A stretch of DNA of 57,215 bases from a virus (IMGVR_UViG_3300037167_000012:1-57215), one strand, 5' to 3'; counted from the first letter of the stretch, positions 44,631-53,982 are shown. Notes: generated from the sequence alone by a model not told the origin. Numbers and translations are program-made.

Positions 44631-44854
44631 GCCCGCATGTACCGCCTCAGCTTGGTGTTCTTGTAGATGGCCTTGCTGCCTTGATGCTTGCGGACTCTCG
44701 CAGAATTGGCCTTGGCGTGCTTCAGGCATCTGCCGCCAAACACAGATGGCTTGCCGCAGGTCATGCACAGTCCGGACTTGTTGTGCCTGAGTTGGCATTT
44801 TCTCTGCCGCGAGACTGGCAGGTCGGTGAACTCGTCAATGATTTTGGCTCTCAT
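44597..44854 (-). CDS. Zinc-finger-like protein; its 3' end is the array insertion point
   Basis: GLCMTCGK...CLKH; ATGA overlap; last 8 codons come from attC5. Confidence 0.7.
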   Translation of the reverse strand: MRAKIIDEFTDLPVSRQRKCQLRHNKSGLCMTCGKPSVFGGRCLKHAKANSARVRKHQGSKAIYKNTKLRRYMRAANSEVRHGGA

Positions 44855-45603
44855 TTTGCCACCTTCTTTCTCATCTCCTTGAGCTTAACATCGGTGTACT
44901 GGTCGTAGAACAGCTTGCTGACCAGCCCCCGCCCGCTGCACACGCGGCAGGTGTCAGGCAGCTTGCCCTGACATGCCGGACAGACTGCATGAGGCATGGC
45001 CCGCTTGATGTCCGAATAGGTGTTGCTGAGGTCGGCCATCAGCGACGTGAAGTTGACTTCGCTCCACAGGGCATCCTTGGTTTCATACGCCTTCAGACAG
45101 GTGGACTTGATTTTGATTACGGCATTGAGCAGCACCTGAATCTCGTCCTTGCGCTTCCAGTATGGGAGGGCTTTGGTGGGCACATCGAACCCTTCGGAGT
45201 CCTTCTCTTTTGCCTTGGCGTCAACCACTGCCGGCTTGCCGATGGCGGCCATTAGCTTGTCAGAGGGAGTCCCCTTCAACTTAATAGCTTTGTTTATTGA
45301 GACTGGGTGGAAACTAGTTTCCGCTGGTTTCCCTGATTTGCAAGGACTTACATCGGTTATTTGCTTGATTTTGTCCATTGTCGGCTTGGCCAAAACCAAC
45401 CTGTTGGCCCATTGCTTTGTGATGCCGCATTCAAGCTCACAGAAGTCCTTCCATGAGTCGTATTTGAGCTTCCAGATTCTGCGCTCCTTGGCCTCGGCGA
45501 CCACCTCCATCAGGTTGAGTTTCTCCGTTGCCTCACGCCAGTTCTTCAGAACCTTCGAGATGCGGACGAACGCCTGTTCGTCGGTGTCGGTGTATTTATT
45601 CAT
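44851..45603 (-). CDS. Hypothetical DNA-binding protein with C-terminal CxxC-CxxC
   Basis: YDSWKDFCELECGITKQWANRLV HTH-like; CPACQG...CRVCSGRG. Confidence 0.65.
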   Translation of the reverse strand: MNKYTDTDEQAFVRISKVLKNWREATEKLNLMEVVAEAKERRIWKLKYDSWKDFCELECGITKQWANRLVLAKPTMDKIKQITDVSPCKSGKPAETSFHPVSINKAIKLKGTPSDKLMAAIGKPAVVDAKAKEKDSEGFDVPTKALPYWKRKDEIQVLLNAVIKIKSTCLKAYETKDALWSEVNFTSLMADLSNTYSDIKRAMPHAVCPACQGKLPDTCRVCSGRGLVSKLFYDQYTDVKLKEMRKKVAK

Positions 45604-45660
45604 AGTTTCATTTCTGTTTGTTATAGACGTAGCAGCAGAACATTATCCAGAGCACAAACA

Positions 45661-46569
45661 TCACTCCGGCTGCGATGAGTTGGGGTTGCATTTTTTCTCC
45701 TTCGCCTTTCTGTTCTTCTTGAGCGCCAGCTTGATGGCCCGCGTGTCGCACGGTTTCATGGCCTCACGAACCCGCTTGGCATAGGACGGATACATACCCA
45801 CAAGGAACTCCCGGCCATTCGTCGTGTCCATGACCTTGAGCAACTGGCGGCCTTCATGGAACGCCAGAATGCACTGGGCCAGAATCCTCGATGTTTTGTC
45901 GGGGTTGAGTCCGATGTTCTGCTCCAGATACTTCACGAACGTCTTGGTCGGTGTGGTCAGCCCATCCAGTGTGGAGATTTGGCGGCAGAACTCGCGCGCC
46001 TTCTCCTGCTCGCCGTGATGGTACAGTGTCAGCGGCCCGACGATGTAGCCCTTGCGCTTGCCGTGGTCGAGGCAGTCAATCACGGATTCAATGTCCTTGC
46101 CCCACAGTTCGTGGATGAGCATTGAATTGGTCGTGGAGAGCCTTCTTGTCCCGCCTGACGGATAGACCATCAGGGCGATTGAGCGGCACGCAGCAGCCGT
46201 CAGTGCGCCGTTCTTGATTCCATGCAACTGCATCTGCTGGCCAGTCTGACGGAACCTGCCCCGGTCAATGGTGTCCATCGAGTTAAGCTCGATGCCGTTC
46301 TTGTTCTCCGACACCGGAATGTCGTATGTGACCAGCGACTCGATGGTCTTGCCGCTGAACACGACCGCCCAGAGCCGGTGCTGCCCATCGCAGAGGTTCT
46401 TGTTGGTGTCAAAGGCCAGCCCTTGATGATTCAGCACCCACCTTCCATTTCGCATGTCGGCAGCATACGCCTGAACGGTGTTCTCCGACAGCTTGCGGTT
46501 GTAGGGGTTGTGATTCTCCAGAATGTCAATGGCCCATTCGGGAGTGATTACTTCGGTCTTCGTTCTCAT
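45661..46569 (-). CDS. ParB/Srx-fold DGQHR protein
   Basis: ITPEWA...NRKLS...YAADMRNGRW...LCDGQHRL...DTIDRG. Confidence 0.8.
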   Translation of the reverse strand: MRTKTEVITPEWAIDILENHNPYNRKLSENTVQAYAADMRNGRWVLNHQGLAFDTNKNLCDGQHRLWAVVFSGKTIESLVTYDIPVSENKNGIELNSMDTIDRGRFRQTGQQMQLHGIKNGALTAAACRSIALMVYPSGGTRRLSTTNSMLIHELWGKDIESVIDCLDHGKRKGYIVGPLTLYHHGEQEKAREFCRQISTLDGLTTPTKTFVKYLEQNIGLNPDKTSRILAQCILAFHEGRQLLKVMDTTNGREFLVGMYPSYAKRVREAMKPCDTRAIKLALKKNRKAKEKKCNPNSSQPE

Positions 46570-46829
46570 GGCTTGACCTCCGTGCATTTAATGCGAACAA
46601 GGGTGGTGGATTGTTCCAGTTCCAATAACCATCCGTCGGGTATATTTTTTCCTATTGTTACCCCAGTTAGATATTCCCAATACTCCCTCTTTGCCTCCCA
46701 GTGTGCGTTTTGGGGAGCCGATGTCATTGCGTCCCGAAGAATGCAGAGAACCATTCTCTGCTTCTGGGTTGGAATCACATACTCCACCCTCGGCGGAGTT
46801 GGTTTAACTTTCTTTCGGAATGGCCACAT
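46566..46829 (-). CDS. Hypothetical protein
   Basis: GAAAGGAC SD before MWPF; ATGA overlap. Confidence 0.6.
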   Translation of the reverse strand: MWPFRKKVKPTPPRVEYVIPTQKQRMVLCILRDAMTSAPQNAHWEAKREYWEYLTGVTIGKNIPDGWLLELEQSTTLVRIKCTEVKP

Positions 46830-46830
46830 A

Positions 46831-47931
46831 TTAGTCCTTTCTCTTGAATGACGGTTCGTTTTCCTTTGTTTCAACCAGTCCGGCAGTCAGGGCGGATAGC
46901 TCGTCAGTGAGCTTCTTGCCCTTGGTTTGTGTGACTGCCGCCAGTTGTTCTTTCAACTTCGTTTTGGCCACGCCGATGCAGCCCATGAACTGCTGCAATG
47001 AGCCGCCTCTGGCCGAGAAGCGGTCAAATACTCCCTGTGGGTTGGTGATGGTCTCGCGCTTGTTGCCGGGTTTCAGCTCGTAGCCTGGAATAGCTTCGGG
47101 GTCGGCTGCCAGCAGCTTCTTCATCTCGTCCCGGCAGTCATCAATCCATTTCTGGGCGATGCCAACCCGGTCAAGGAATGCCGCCCGCTGCAATGGCGTC
47201 CATTGAACGACTGGAGTGTCGAATCCGATTGCCGTCTCTGGAACCATGCTGCTGGCCCATTTGCTGTAAGCCTCACATTTGGACTTCGCCAAGCAGAACT
47301 TGCACTGCGCCTCGCCCGCCGTTCGTGGAGCGTCCGGTTTGTTGCTGGCTCCGACCCTCAGATACAACTGCTCGCGCGCCTTCATTATGTCGGCCCTTGA
47401 ATACGAGCACAGCTCCGGCTCCCATGTCACCAGCGGCTGGATGACGCAGCATACAATCTCCGACAGCAGGGGATTGCTCACGTCATACAGGCAGACTTGG
47501 TCTCGCAACTGCATGTTCTTGGGAGAGTCGGGAATGTCCCCTTGAAGGCATTTGTACTCCAGAATGAGCGCCTTGGTTCCCATGCGATAGACCGTGTCAA
47601 TCTGGCCTGAGTGCCGAAGCCCGTCGGCCCAGTTAATCCAGTATCGGATTTCACGAACCGGCTTGGGCACGGCATCAGTCCCGAAGACTTTGAGCACAAC
47701 CTTCTTCTCGATTTCACAGCAGGCGTCGTAGGTGTCCACCTGCTCGATGTTCAACCCGGTCGGGTCTTGTTTGGCGAGCGCGGCATGAATCTGCGTGCCA
47801 TGCGTCGCGTCGTCCGTCTTGATGTCGGGGCAGCCCTTCTGGGCCATGAATCTCCCGGCACATAGCGAATCAGGAAGTGCGCTTGAGGCACTGGTGAACT
47901 CGCCGCGTGATTGCGTGTTTGGTGTGGTCAT
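46831..47931 (-). CDS. PD-(D/E)xK exonuclease (DUF2800/Cas4-like), RecT partner
   Basis: SASS...C, GTQIH, GQID, LEYK, QLRDQ, CKFCLAKSKC. Confidence 0.8.
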   Translation of the reverse strand: MTTPNTQSRGEFTSASSALPDSLCAGRFMAQKGCPDIKTDDATHGTQIHAALAKQDPTGLNIEQVDTYDACCEIEKKVVLKVFGTDAVPKPVREIRYWINWADGLRHSGQIDTVYRMGTKALILEYKCLQGDIPDSPKNMQLRDQVCLYDVSNPLLSEIVCCVIQPLVTWEPELCSYSRADIMKAREQLYLRVGASNKPDAPRTAGEAQCKFCLAKSKCEAYSKWASSMVPETAIGFDTPVVQWTPLQRAAFLDRVGIAQKWIDDCRDEMKKLLAADPEAIPGYELKPGNKRETITNPQGVFDRFSARGGSLQQFMGCIGVAKTKLKEQLAAVTQTKGKKLTDELSALTAGLVETKENEPSFKRKD

Positions 47932-48221
47932 TTGTCTCCTATTGTTCCGCAGCCGTGTTCAGCGTACTGCAAGTATTTTCCGATTTTGGCTTTCTTGGAA
48001 ATAACGCCCTTCTCAGATGGGGTTGGTATCAACCCGCGCTCAATCAGCATTTGCATGATTCCAAGAAGGTCGTCCAGCTCCTCCGTTATTCTTTCCGCGT
48101 TGGTCTTGGATTGACCGGGCTGGCATTCAGATAGTCCAAAGCGCAATGCCTTGGACACCCTCTGGCCGACCTCGTCGCACTCCTCAGACAGAATCAGCAG
48201 TAGATGTTCGTCGGTGGTCAT
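47928..48221 (-). CDS. MazG-like nucleotide pyrophosphohydrolase
   Basis: LSEECDEVGQRVSKALRFG...EELDDL. Confidence 0.75.
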   Translation of the reverse strand: MTTDEHLLLILSEECDEVGQRVSKALRFGLSECQPGQSKTNAERITEELDDLLGIMQMLIERGLIPTPSEKGVISKKAKIGKYLQYAEHGCGTIGDK

Positions 48222-49336
48222 TTCACTCCTTTGATTTTGGCCGTTATCTCCGCATTCTGGTCATGCAAAAGAGTCAGCACATCCGGCTGCTTATCAGCCA
48301 GAATGTCCAGCGTGGTTATGTCGGCCTCGATGACTCCATTCGTTTGCAGGAAGTCAATGACCTGCGGCTCTTTGATTCCAGCCAGCCCGAAGAAGCCCTT
48401 GACGGCCTTGAGCGTGTTGTATTCAGGCTTCGACGTGTCGTGCGGCTCAGGGTGCATCTCAGTCGCAGGGGCCGCAGACTCAAACGCTTCGTCGGCAGGA
48501 TTCTTAACCTTTGCCGGTTCGCGTTTGATTAGCGGAGGCGGCGGCGGTTCCGGCGCAGGCGGTGGGGCATCCACTTGAGGTTCGCCAAAGTCCGGCTTGG
48601 AAGGAATGTCCGTGCTGTCCACGAACTCCACCTTGCCCGTCTCGGCGTCAATGACTGCGCCTTCATCCATCCCCAGAGCCTTCTGCATCTGGATGGACTT
48701 CGGCCCCCAGAGCTTCAGCAGCGACTTGAGGACGGTCTTCAGGGCCATCCGGTCGAAGTTGGTGAACCAGCCCGTGTTCTGTTTCTTCGCGTCGTTTAGC
48801 CCCGCATTGTAAGCCTTGCTGAACTTCTTGGCGTGGTTGGTGATTTGCTCCACCGTCCAGTAGGAGCCGCGCTCGAATCCGTTGAGCAGTTTGAACTTTG
48901 CCGCGTAGCCAATGACCTTGCCCTCTGGATTCTTCGGGTTGACCGTAAGCTCTCCCGAAAGCTCGTCATAGTCCAGAAGTTCTCCTTCGTGCACTATTGT
49001 CCAGCCAAGGTTCTTGTATTGGCCTGACCGCATGGCGAGTTGGGAGAATCCGACGTAGCCGATTTGGAACGTGGCTTTGTCGCCATAGGGGACGATGTGG
49101 GCCTCACCCAGATTTGGGTCAATGCTCAAGTCGAGGGCTGCCGCCGTCAGTGCCGCCCCGATGACTGAATTGGGGTCGCACTTCTGCAACTGCCACGACT
49201 GGTTGACGATTTGGACGAGCGCTGCCGCAAACTGCGGGGCGCGTGTGCCCATGATTTCCTTGAGGCGATTCTTCACCTCGTCTTTTTGCACAACGTCTTT
49301 CAAGGCTGTGCTTTTTATCAATGATTGATTGCTCAT
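48218..49336 (-). CDS. recT: RecT-family ssDNA annealing protein
   Basis: LQKCDPNSV...LGEAHIVPY...FQIGYVG...RSGQY...MALKTVLK. Confidence 0.92.
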   Translation of the reverse strand: MSNQSLIKSTALKDVVQKDEVKNRLKEIMGTRAPQFAAALVQIVNQSWQLQKCDPNSVIGAALTAAALDLSIDPNLGEAHIVPYGDKATFQIGYVGFSQLAMRSGQYKNLGWTIVHEGELLDYDELSGELTVNPKNPEGKVIGYAAKFKLLNGFERGSYWTVEQITNHAKKFSKAYNAGLNDAKKQNTGWFTNFDRMALKTVLKSLLKLWGPKSIQMQKALGMDEGAVIDAETGKVEFVDSTDIPSKPDFGEPQVDAPPPAPEPPPPPLIKREPAKVKNPADEAFESAAPATEMHPEPHDTSKPEYNTLKAVKGFFGLAGIKEPQVIDFLQTNGVIEADITTLDILADKQPDVLTLLHDQNAEITAKIKGVK

Positions 49337-49461
49337 GTGTTTGTTTTAAGAGATGTCGGCGGCATACGAGTCGGAGGACTCGTTTTGCGGTGGACAGTGG
49401 GGACTAGACCGTGCCGCCGACAAGATTGATGGTTGTGTTCTGTCGCTTTCAAAGTGTTTGC

Positions 49462-49490
49462 ATTTTAGCTTACAGACCGCTCAATGTCAA
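49462..49490 (-). promoter_or_regulatory. Near-consensus sigma70 promoter for the recT operon
   Basis: TTGACA-17 bp-TAAAAT on - strand. Confidence 0.8.
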
Positions 49491-50668
49491 GCGCCGTAGC
49501 CGAATTTCTGTTCTTGTTCGACGCAGTATGCCTCCCATTCGGCGGGACTCATTTCGTGCTGCTTCTTGGTTTCCATTGCCAGCTCCTCCTGCAATTCGCC
49601 CTGCACTTCCTCTTGCAGGTCGGCGGGTAATGGTGGCGTGGCCTTTTCCAGCACCTGAACCTCCTTGAACCGCTTGAGTATTTCCGGCAGCAGGGAGTTG
49701 TGGGTCTTCATGGCGTCGAGCACCGGAGCCAGCTCTGCATCTCCGGCCAAGTTCTCCAGAATGCCCAGCAGCTCCTCATCCACTGCCGCCCTTATTTCCG
49801 GGGTCAGCTTGTTGCCAGCGGCCTTGAGTTCGTCCGCGAAGAAGTTCTTGCGAACCCATTTCCGCAGCATCTTGATGGCCTTGGATGGGTAGCCCGTATA
49901 GCCGGTGTCGTTCTCGTCGTATGTTTGGCTTCCATTGCGGCCATACCTGCCGGTATAGACGACTCCATTGCCGCCGTAGCCGGGCCATTTCTTTTCAATC
50001 AGGTTGGCCACCCACTCCTCCGGGAAGGGCGTGTCGGCGGGCGGGGGAATGACCATCTGCCGCTCGGCCATACTGTTCAGGTCGGGATAGACGCCAAACA
50101 TATCGGCCATTTCGTCGGCTTTGTCCCTCACTTCCTTGCTAAAGTCCCAAAACTCGCGCAGGTCGGGCTGGAACTTGCAGCCCCGGTAATAGAACCGGGA
50201 GTGAATGCTGTATTTCTCCTTGTTCATGTCGCCAATGGTGATGTGGATTCCCTCCTGGGTCTTCTCATTGTCCGAGTCGGTTCCCGATTGGAACGCCCCG
50301 GCATCGCAATGGTGGTGAACCGTTCCGTAGAGCATCCAGTCGTCGCCGAACCTGGCCCTTTGAATGGCCGTGTTGGGGTCGTCAGGCAGCTCCTTGGTGG
50401 ACAGCCCGCAGCTTGCTTCCTGCGGGAACGCCCACGCCTTCCATCCATGCTCCAGATGGACGAACAGCCGCACCTGCGACTCGCCGTGCGTCTTGAGATA
50501 CGACCATTTGAAGAACGACAGCACCTCGTTCCACATGGCGGGCGTGAACTTCGGCCCCGTGTAGCGGAATGCCGCCGTCGTCTGCTTGATTTGATGCGTC
50601 ATTTTGCATTCAAACAGCGGGTGGGACTTTTGTTCCACCAGCTCTGATTTTGCTTCCAGTATTTTCAT
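49487..50668 (-). CDS. JAB/MPN-domain metalloprotease (prokaryotic Ub-system peptidase)
   Basis: GESQVRL catalytic Glu; GTVHHHCDAGAFQSGTD = HxH-x7-S-x2-D; GIHITIG. Confidence 0.88.
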   Translation of the reverse strand: MKILEAKSELVEQKSHPLFECKMTHQIKQTTAAFRYTGPKFTPAMWNEVLSFFKWSYLKTHGESQVRLFVHLEHGWKAWAFPQEASCGLSTKELPDDPNTAIQRARFGDDWMLYGTVHHHCDAGAFQSGTDSDNEKTQEGIHITIGDMNKEKYSIHSRFYYRGCKFQPDLREFWDFSKEVRDKADEMADMFGVYPDLNSMAERQMVIPPPADTPFPEEWVANLIEKKWPGYGGNGVVYTGRYGRNGSQTYDENDTGYTGYPSKAIKMLRKWVRKNFFADELKAAGNKLTPEIRAAVDEELLGILENLAGDAELAPVLDAMKTHNSLLPEILKRFKEVQVLEKATPPLPADLQEEVQGELQEELAMETKKQHEMSPAEWEAYCVEQEQKFGYGA

Positions 50669-50695
50669 TTGCTTTTGTCCTTTCTTTGGTTGTTG

Positions 50696-52108
50696 TTAAA
50701 AGATTGCAGGGGATTCTGCATCCAGCGCCCTTGCCTTGTCCGGCAGATTGGCATGAACCCAGTCTCTGAGCCTTGTTTCAAGTGTGGAGACTGGGTAATC
50801 CCAATCAGTATCGTCCGAGCCTTCGCATTCTTGGTTGTCGTATTCGTAGGTGTCGCCGTCCGGCTCCATGTTCGGCTCCGTCCGTTCGTGGATGTCGTCG
50901 GCAATGGTCTCTTTGGCCGCATCCAGCAGCCCAGCCCAACTGTCCGCGCCTTCAGCAATGCTCTCCAGCTCACCCGACGTGAATCTGAATTCACTCCTGC
51001 CATAGGTTCCGACGGAGTAGCGGCATGTTCCCCGCTCGTGCCCGGTAAAGTCCACGGTGATTTCAAGTCCGGGCATCGCTGACACCTTAGCCTTCTTTGC
51101 CTCAACCTTGCCTTGGATGGATTGGAGCCAGTCTTCCAGCTTTTCAATCGTGTTGCAGTCGTCCGGCGGCATCTGCTTGGTCTGTTTGAGTATCCAGCCC
51201 CGCACAAACTCATTCTTCGGTGCCGTTTCCATCAGCTTGATGAACTCAAAACCGAAATAGACCGGAACCAGCTTGCGCTTGATGGGCGTGCCATCGGGAT
51301 TGGTTCGCACAACTTTGTTGGCCCATTCGGGAATCCCAACCTCACCCGGAATTGGCAGAATCTCCGCGATTTCACCTTCATCTTCGCAGGCCATCGTACC
51401 GCCGTAATTTCCATAGATGTGCGCCTTTTCCCGGTCTTGGGTTTCGCCTCTACCCCCCATCCATTTCCCGTCTGCCAACCTGATAATCAGGGGGTGTCTA
51501 TGTCTTCCATCCCGTTGCCGATGGTCATACATTCGCTGCATTTCCGCCCGGTTGAATTCCGCGATGGCATCAGGAACCCGGCGACCTGCTGGCTCTGGAG
51601 CCACGCCTTCAAGGAATTCAACAGTGTTGCCGGGAGTGGCACCTCCATTCGCCATGCCGTAAGTCTCGAAGATTAAAGCTTCATCCCGGTTGGGGCAGCG
51701 GCGCATACCTTCCCCGCGCGCAACATACCCCCTCGGCGTTGAGATGATGCACCTCCCCTGGATTCTTGGGTCATGCGTGTTGTTATTATAGATTCGTTCA
51801 GCTTCCTCCGTGCTGATTGTTCTTATTGCCGCCGGAACTCGCCGTGCCGGAGCTGGGGCGGCTGCATCTTCATCGGGAAGGATTTCAAATATGGAATCTC
51901 CCTCTCCAGCCGACGGGGTCGCACCGTGTCCTAGAAACACAAATGCTTCGTTCCGGTTGCGGGTGTATGTGGTGTGCGCCGCATCCCCACTGCGGTAGGT
52001 TCCGTCGGGGCGTCTGATTATCTGGCGCATTTGAGATTCGTCGCCGCCATTGTCCCATGCTGCTTGCATATCGTCATGCGTCATTTCTCTTATTGCTGGT
52101 GGTATCAT
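50696..52108 (-). CDS. Protein with three ~85-aa N-terminal repeats and acidic C-terminal domain
   Basis: (I/V)PxAI...II...G...xRxxA.(I/V)(F/Y)...E(I/F)L three times; ATGA-coupled to E1. Confidence 0.75.
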   Translation of the reverse strand: MIPPAIREMTHDDMQAAWDNGGDESQMRQIIRRPDGTYRSGDAAHTTYTRNRNEAFVFLGHGATPSAGEGDSIFEILPDEDAAAPAPARRVPAAIRTISTEEAERIYNNNTHDPRIQGRCIISTPRGYVARGEGMRRCPNRDEALIFETYGMANGGATPGNTVEFLEGVAPEPAGRRVPDAIAEFNRAEMQRMYDHRQRDGRHRHPLIIRLADGKWMGGRGETQDREKAHIYGNYGGTMACEDEGEIAEILPIPGEVGIPEWANKVVRTNPDGTPIKRKLVPVYFGFEFIKLMETAPKNEFVRGWILKQTKQMPPDDCNTIEKLEDWLQSIQGKVEAKKAKVSAMPGLEITVDFTGHERGTCRYSVGTYGRSEFRFTSGELESIAEGADSWAGLLDAAKETIADDIHERTEPNMEPDGDTYEYDNQECEGSDDTDWDYPVSTLETRLRDWVHANLPDKARALDAESPAIF

Positions 52109-52782
52109 TTGATTTGTCCTTTCATGGTTTGGTTTGATGAATAACTTTCGATTTTAGACAGGTTGGCTGCCAGCTTGTGCGGCAGGAACTTGCGGGCCTC
52201 TGCGTCCATCTTGCGGGCCTCAATCGCCCAAGCGACGAACAGATGCTGAGCCAGTGCCGCTGACATGAAGTTGCTCGACACAAGCTGCCTGGTCGCCACC
52301 TGAGCCTCGCCCGTGCAGCCCATCGCCCTTGCGCGCGGGTCGCCCGTGGCGTCCTTGTTTATTTCCGGGTAATACACGCGCGGGTCGAGCGGAGAGTCCT
52401 TCCATTCCGGCAGGTAGAGATACGCCTCCGCCGAGTTGGTCTCGTTGGCCGCGAATATCGCCTTGCACCCGTAATGGTCGCACGACTCCAGCGCTGACTT
52501 TCGCGCGGGCATGTTGTCCACGCAGACCAGCAGCCAGTCGCGCGGGTCGAGTTCAATCAGGCCAAGATAGTAGAACTCCGGTCGGCTCTGGCAGCCGTAG
52601 CGGGCCGCCAGCGCGTCAGCCTTGTTCTTGCCTATGTCGTCCTGTGTGTAAAGCTGGCGGTTCAGGTTCTTCTCCTCCAGCGTGTCGCCGTCAATGACCG
52701 TGACGTTATCCGGCCCGGTCAGCATACAGATAGTCGGGCAAAGCCATGAGCCGCCGCCGCCCGCTCCTTCGATGTAGTTCAT
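52105..52782 (-). CDS. ThiF/E1-like adenylating enzyme
   Basis: GAGGGGSW, IDGDTLEEKNLNRQ, GKNKADAL, CVDNMPAR, candidate active Cys in MGCTGEAQ. Confidence 0.92.
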   Translation of the reverse strand: MNYIEGAGGGGSWLCPTICMLTGPDNVTVIDGDTLEEKNLNRQLYTQDDIGKNKADALAARYGCQSRPEFYYLGLIELDPRDWLLVCVDNMPARKSALESCDHYGCKAIFAANETNSAEAYLYLPEWKDSPLDPRVYYPEINKDATGDPRARAMGCTGEAQVATRQLVSSNFMSAALAQHLFVAWAIEARKMDAEARKFLPHKLAANLSKIESYSSNQTMKGQIK

Positions 52783-53132
52783 ATAATTCCAAATCCCCCC
52801 TGCGCGGTGATTACCAGCGCCCTTTTTACCGGCGTAATTGGTGGAACAGCTTCCAGAACCGCCATCCTCTCAAGCCCCCGCTGGACGATTTCATCGAACC
52901 TGCTTATGTCATTGCTGTTCATCGCCGCCCGGAACTGAATGCTGCAATTAAGCATCAATGCCATTTTAGCCCTGCTCATCCCGTCAAGCCGCGAGGCTTC
53001 GGGAAGACTCTGGAACCATCTCAGCTTGGCATCAAGTTCCTTCATCAGCTTGGCTGGGTCTTCGTGGCTATTTCTGTGTGGAGCTTCCGGGGCGGTCGTG
53101 GCCGTTTCCACTATTGCCTTTAGCGCGCTCAT
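52779..53132 (-). CDS. Hypothetical helical protein between E2 and E1
   Basis: ATGA-coupled on both sides. Confidence 0.65.
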   Translation of the reverse strand: MSALKAIVETATTAPEAPHRNSHEDPAKLMKELDAKLRWFQSLPEASRLDGMSRAKMALMLNCSIQFRAAMNSNDISRFDEIVQRGLERMAVLEAVPPITPVKRALVITAQGGFGII

Positions 53133-53911
53133 TCGTCACCTCCTGAAGCTGGCGGAAGTGAAAGAGTTTCCAGAACCGGATTGGAAATCCTCTCGCACAG
53201 ATTGTTCCATTGCCCCTCGCAAGGAAGCGTTTTGAACCCTTCATTCTCCGGCTTGAACCGGAAGAAGGATGCAAACTTGCCCTCAGACTTTATCAGGTCG
53301 GAGTTGTAAGGGCTGTCCATGAATTGCTTCCATGCCGCCTCCAGCGCCTGCGGCAGTGTGGGATGCTCCCGGTCGCGCCATTCGTTGCCCATGCAGACTT
53401 CGCCGGTGCCGTCATAGACGTTGGCCAGCGGAATCCGGTACATCCGGTTGGAGCCGCTCGTTGCCACCAGATAGCATTTGGCCACGGTGTACACGGAGTC
53501 GCCCGCGCCACGATGGGTCTTGACCATAAGCCACATTTTTACCTTGCCCATGCAGGCCGCGCTCACATCCCAGTCAATGCTGATTTTGGGATGGTCGCTG
53601 TCGGCTGGCGGTTCAAATGTCGGCGTCATCACCTTGTCCGACAGGCGGAACGTGGTGTTGAGCCGGATGATGGGCATGGGGATGGTTCCATCCACATGAA
53701 GCGTTCCATTCTTGTCGCTGACGATGCACAGGCTCACCGGCTGCTTTTGGATGAACAGCGCGTCGCGCATCCAGATTTTCTGGTTGTCTTTGAGGGCCGA
53801 GAACACCGCGTCCTCATTGATGGCGATTTCGGTTTGATTCCATGTTCTTCGGAACAGCCTGCCGTCTTCTGACAGCAGTAGTTCGGTAAGGCTTCCATTT
53901 TCCAATAGCAT
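53129..53911 (-). CDS. Prokaryotic E2-like protein (E2 family D-like)
   Basis: YRIPLANVYDGTGEVCMG with catalytic Cys; FMDSPYNSDL. Confidence 0.8.
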   Translation of the reverse strand: MLLENGSLTELLLSEDGRLFRRTWNQTEIAINEDAVFSALKDNQKIWMRDALFIQKQPVSLCIVSDKNGTLHVDGTIPMPIIRLNTTFRLSDKVMTPTFEPPADSDHPKISIDWDVSAACMGKVKMWLMVKTHRGAGDSVYTVAKCYLVATSGSNRMYRIPLANVYDGTGEVCMGNEWRDREHPTLPQALEAAWKQFMDSPYNSDLIKSEGKFASFFRFKPENEGFKTLPCEGQWNNLCERISNPVLETLSLPPASGGDE

Positions 53912-53946
53912 AATGTTTGTCCTTTCAAAGTTGAATGTTGACGCAC

Positions 53947-53982
53947 AAAAAGGCGGGAGGCCCGGTTAAGAGCCTCCCGCTT
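53947..53982 (-). terminator. Rho-independent terminator between Ubl and E2 genes
   Basis: - strand GCGGGAGGCTC-TTAACC-GGGCCTCCCGC-CTTTTT. Confidence 0.85.

Noticed and set aside
45661-46569. DndB / phosphorothioation system
   Set aside because: DGQHR motif only; no dndACDE genes
46831-47931. Cas4 / CRISPR adaptation gene
   Set aside because: No array or other cas genes; context next to RecT fits a recombination exonuclease
49340-49430. tRNA gene
   Set aside because: Only three stems, no T-loop or anticodon arm; no tRNA recognised elsewhere by eye
52105-52782. Thiamine/molybdopterin biosynthesis auxiliary gene (thiF/moeB)
   Set aside because: No Zn-binding CxxC pairs typical of MoeB, no ThiS/MoaD with GG end; neighbours are E2 and JAB
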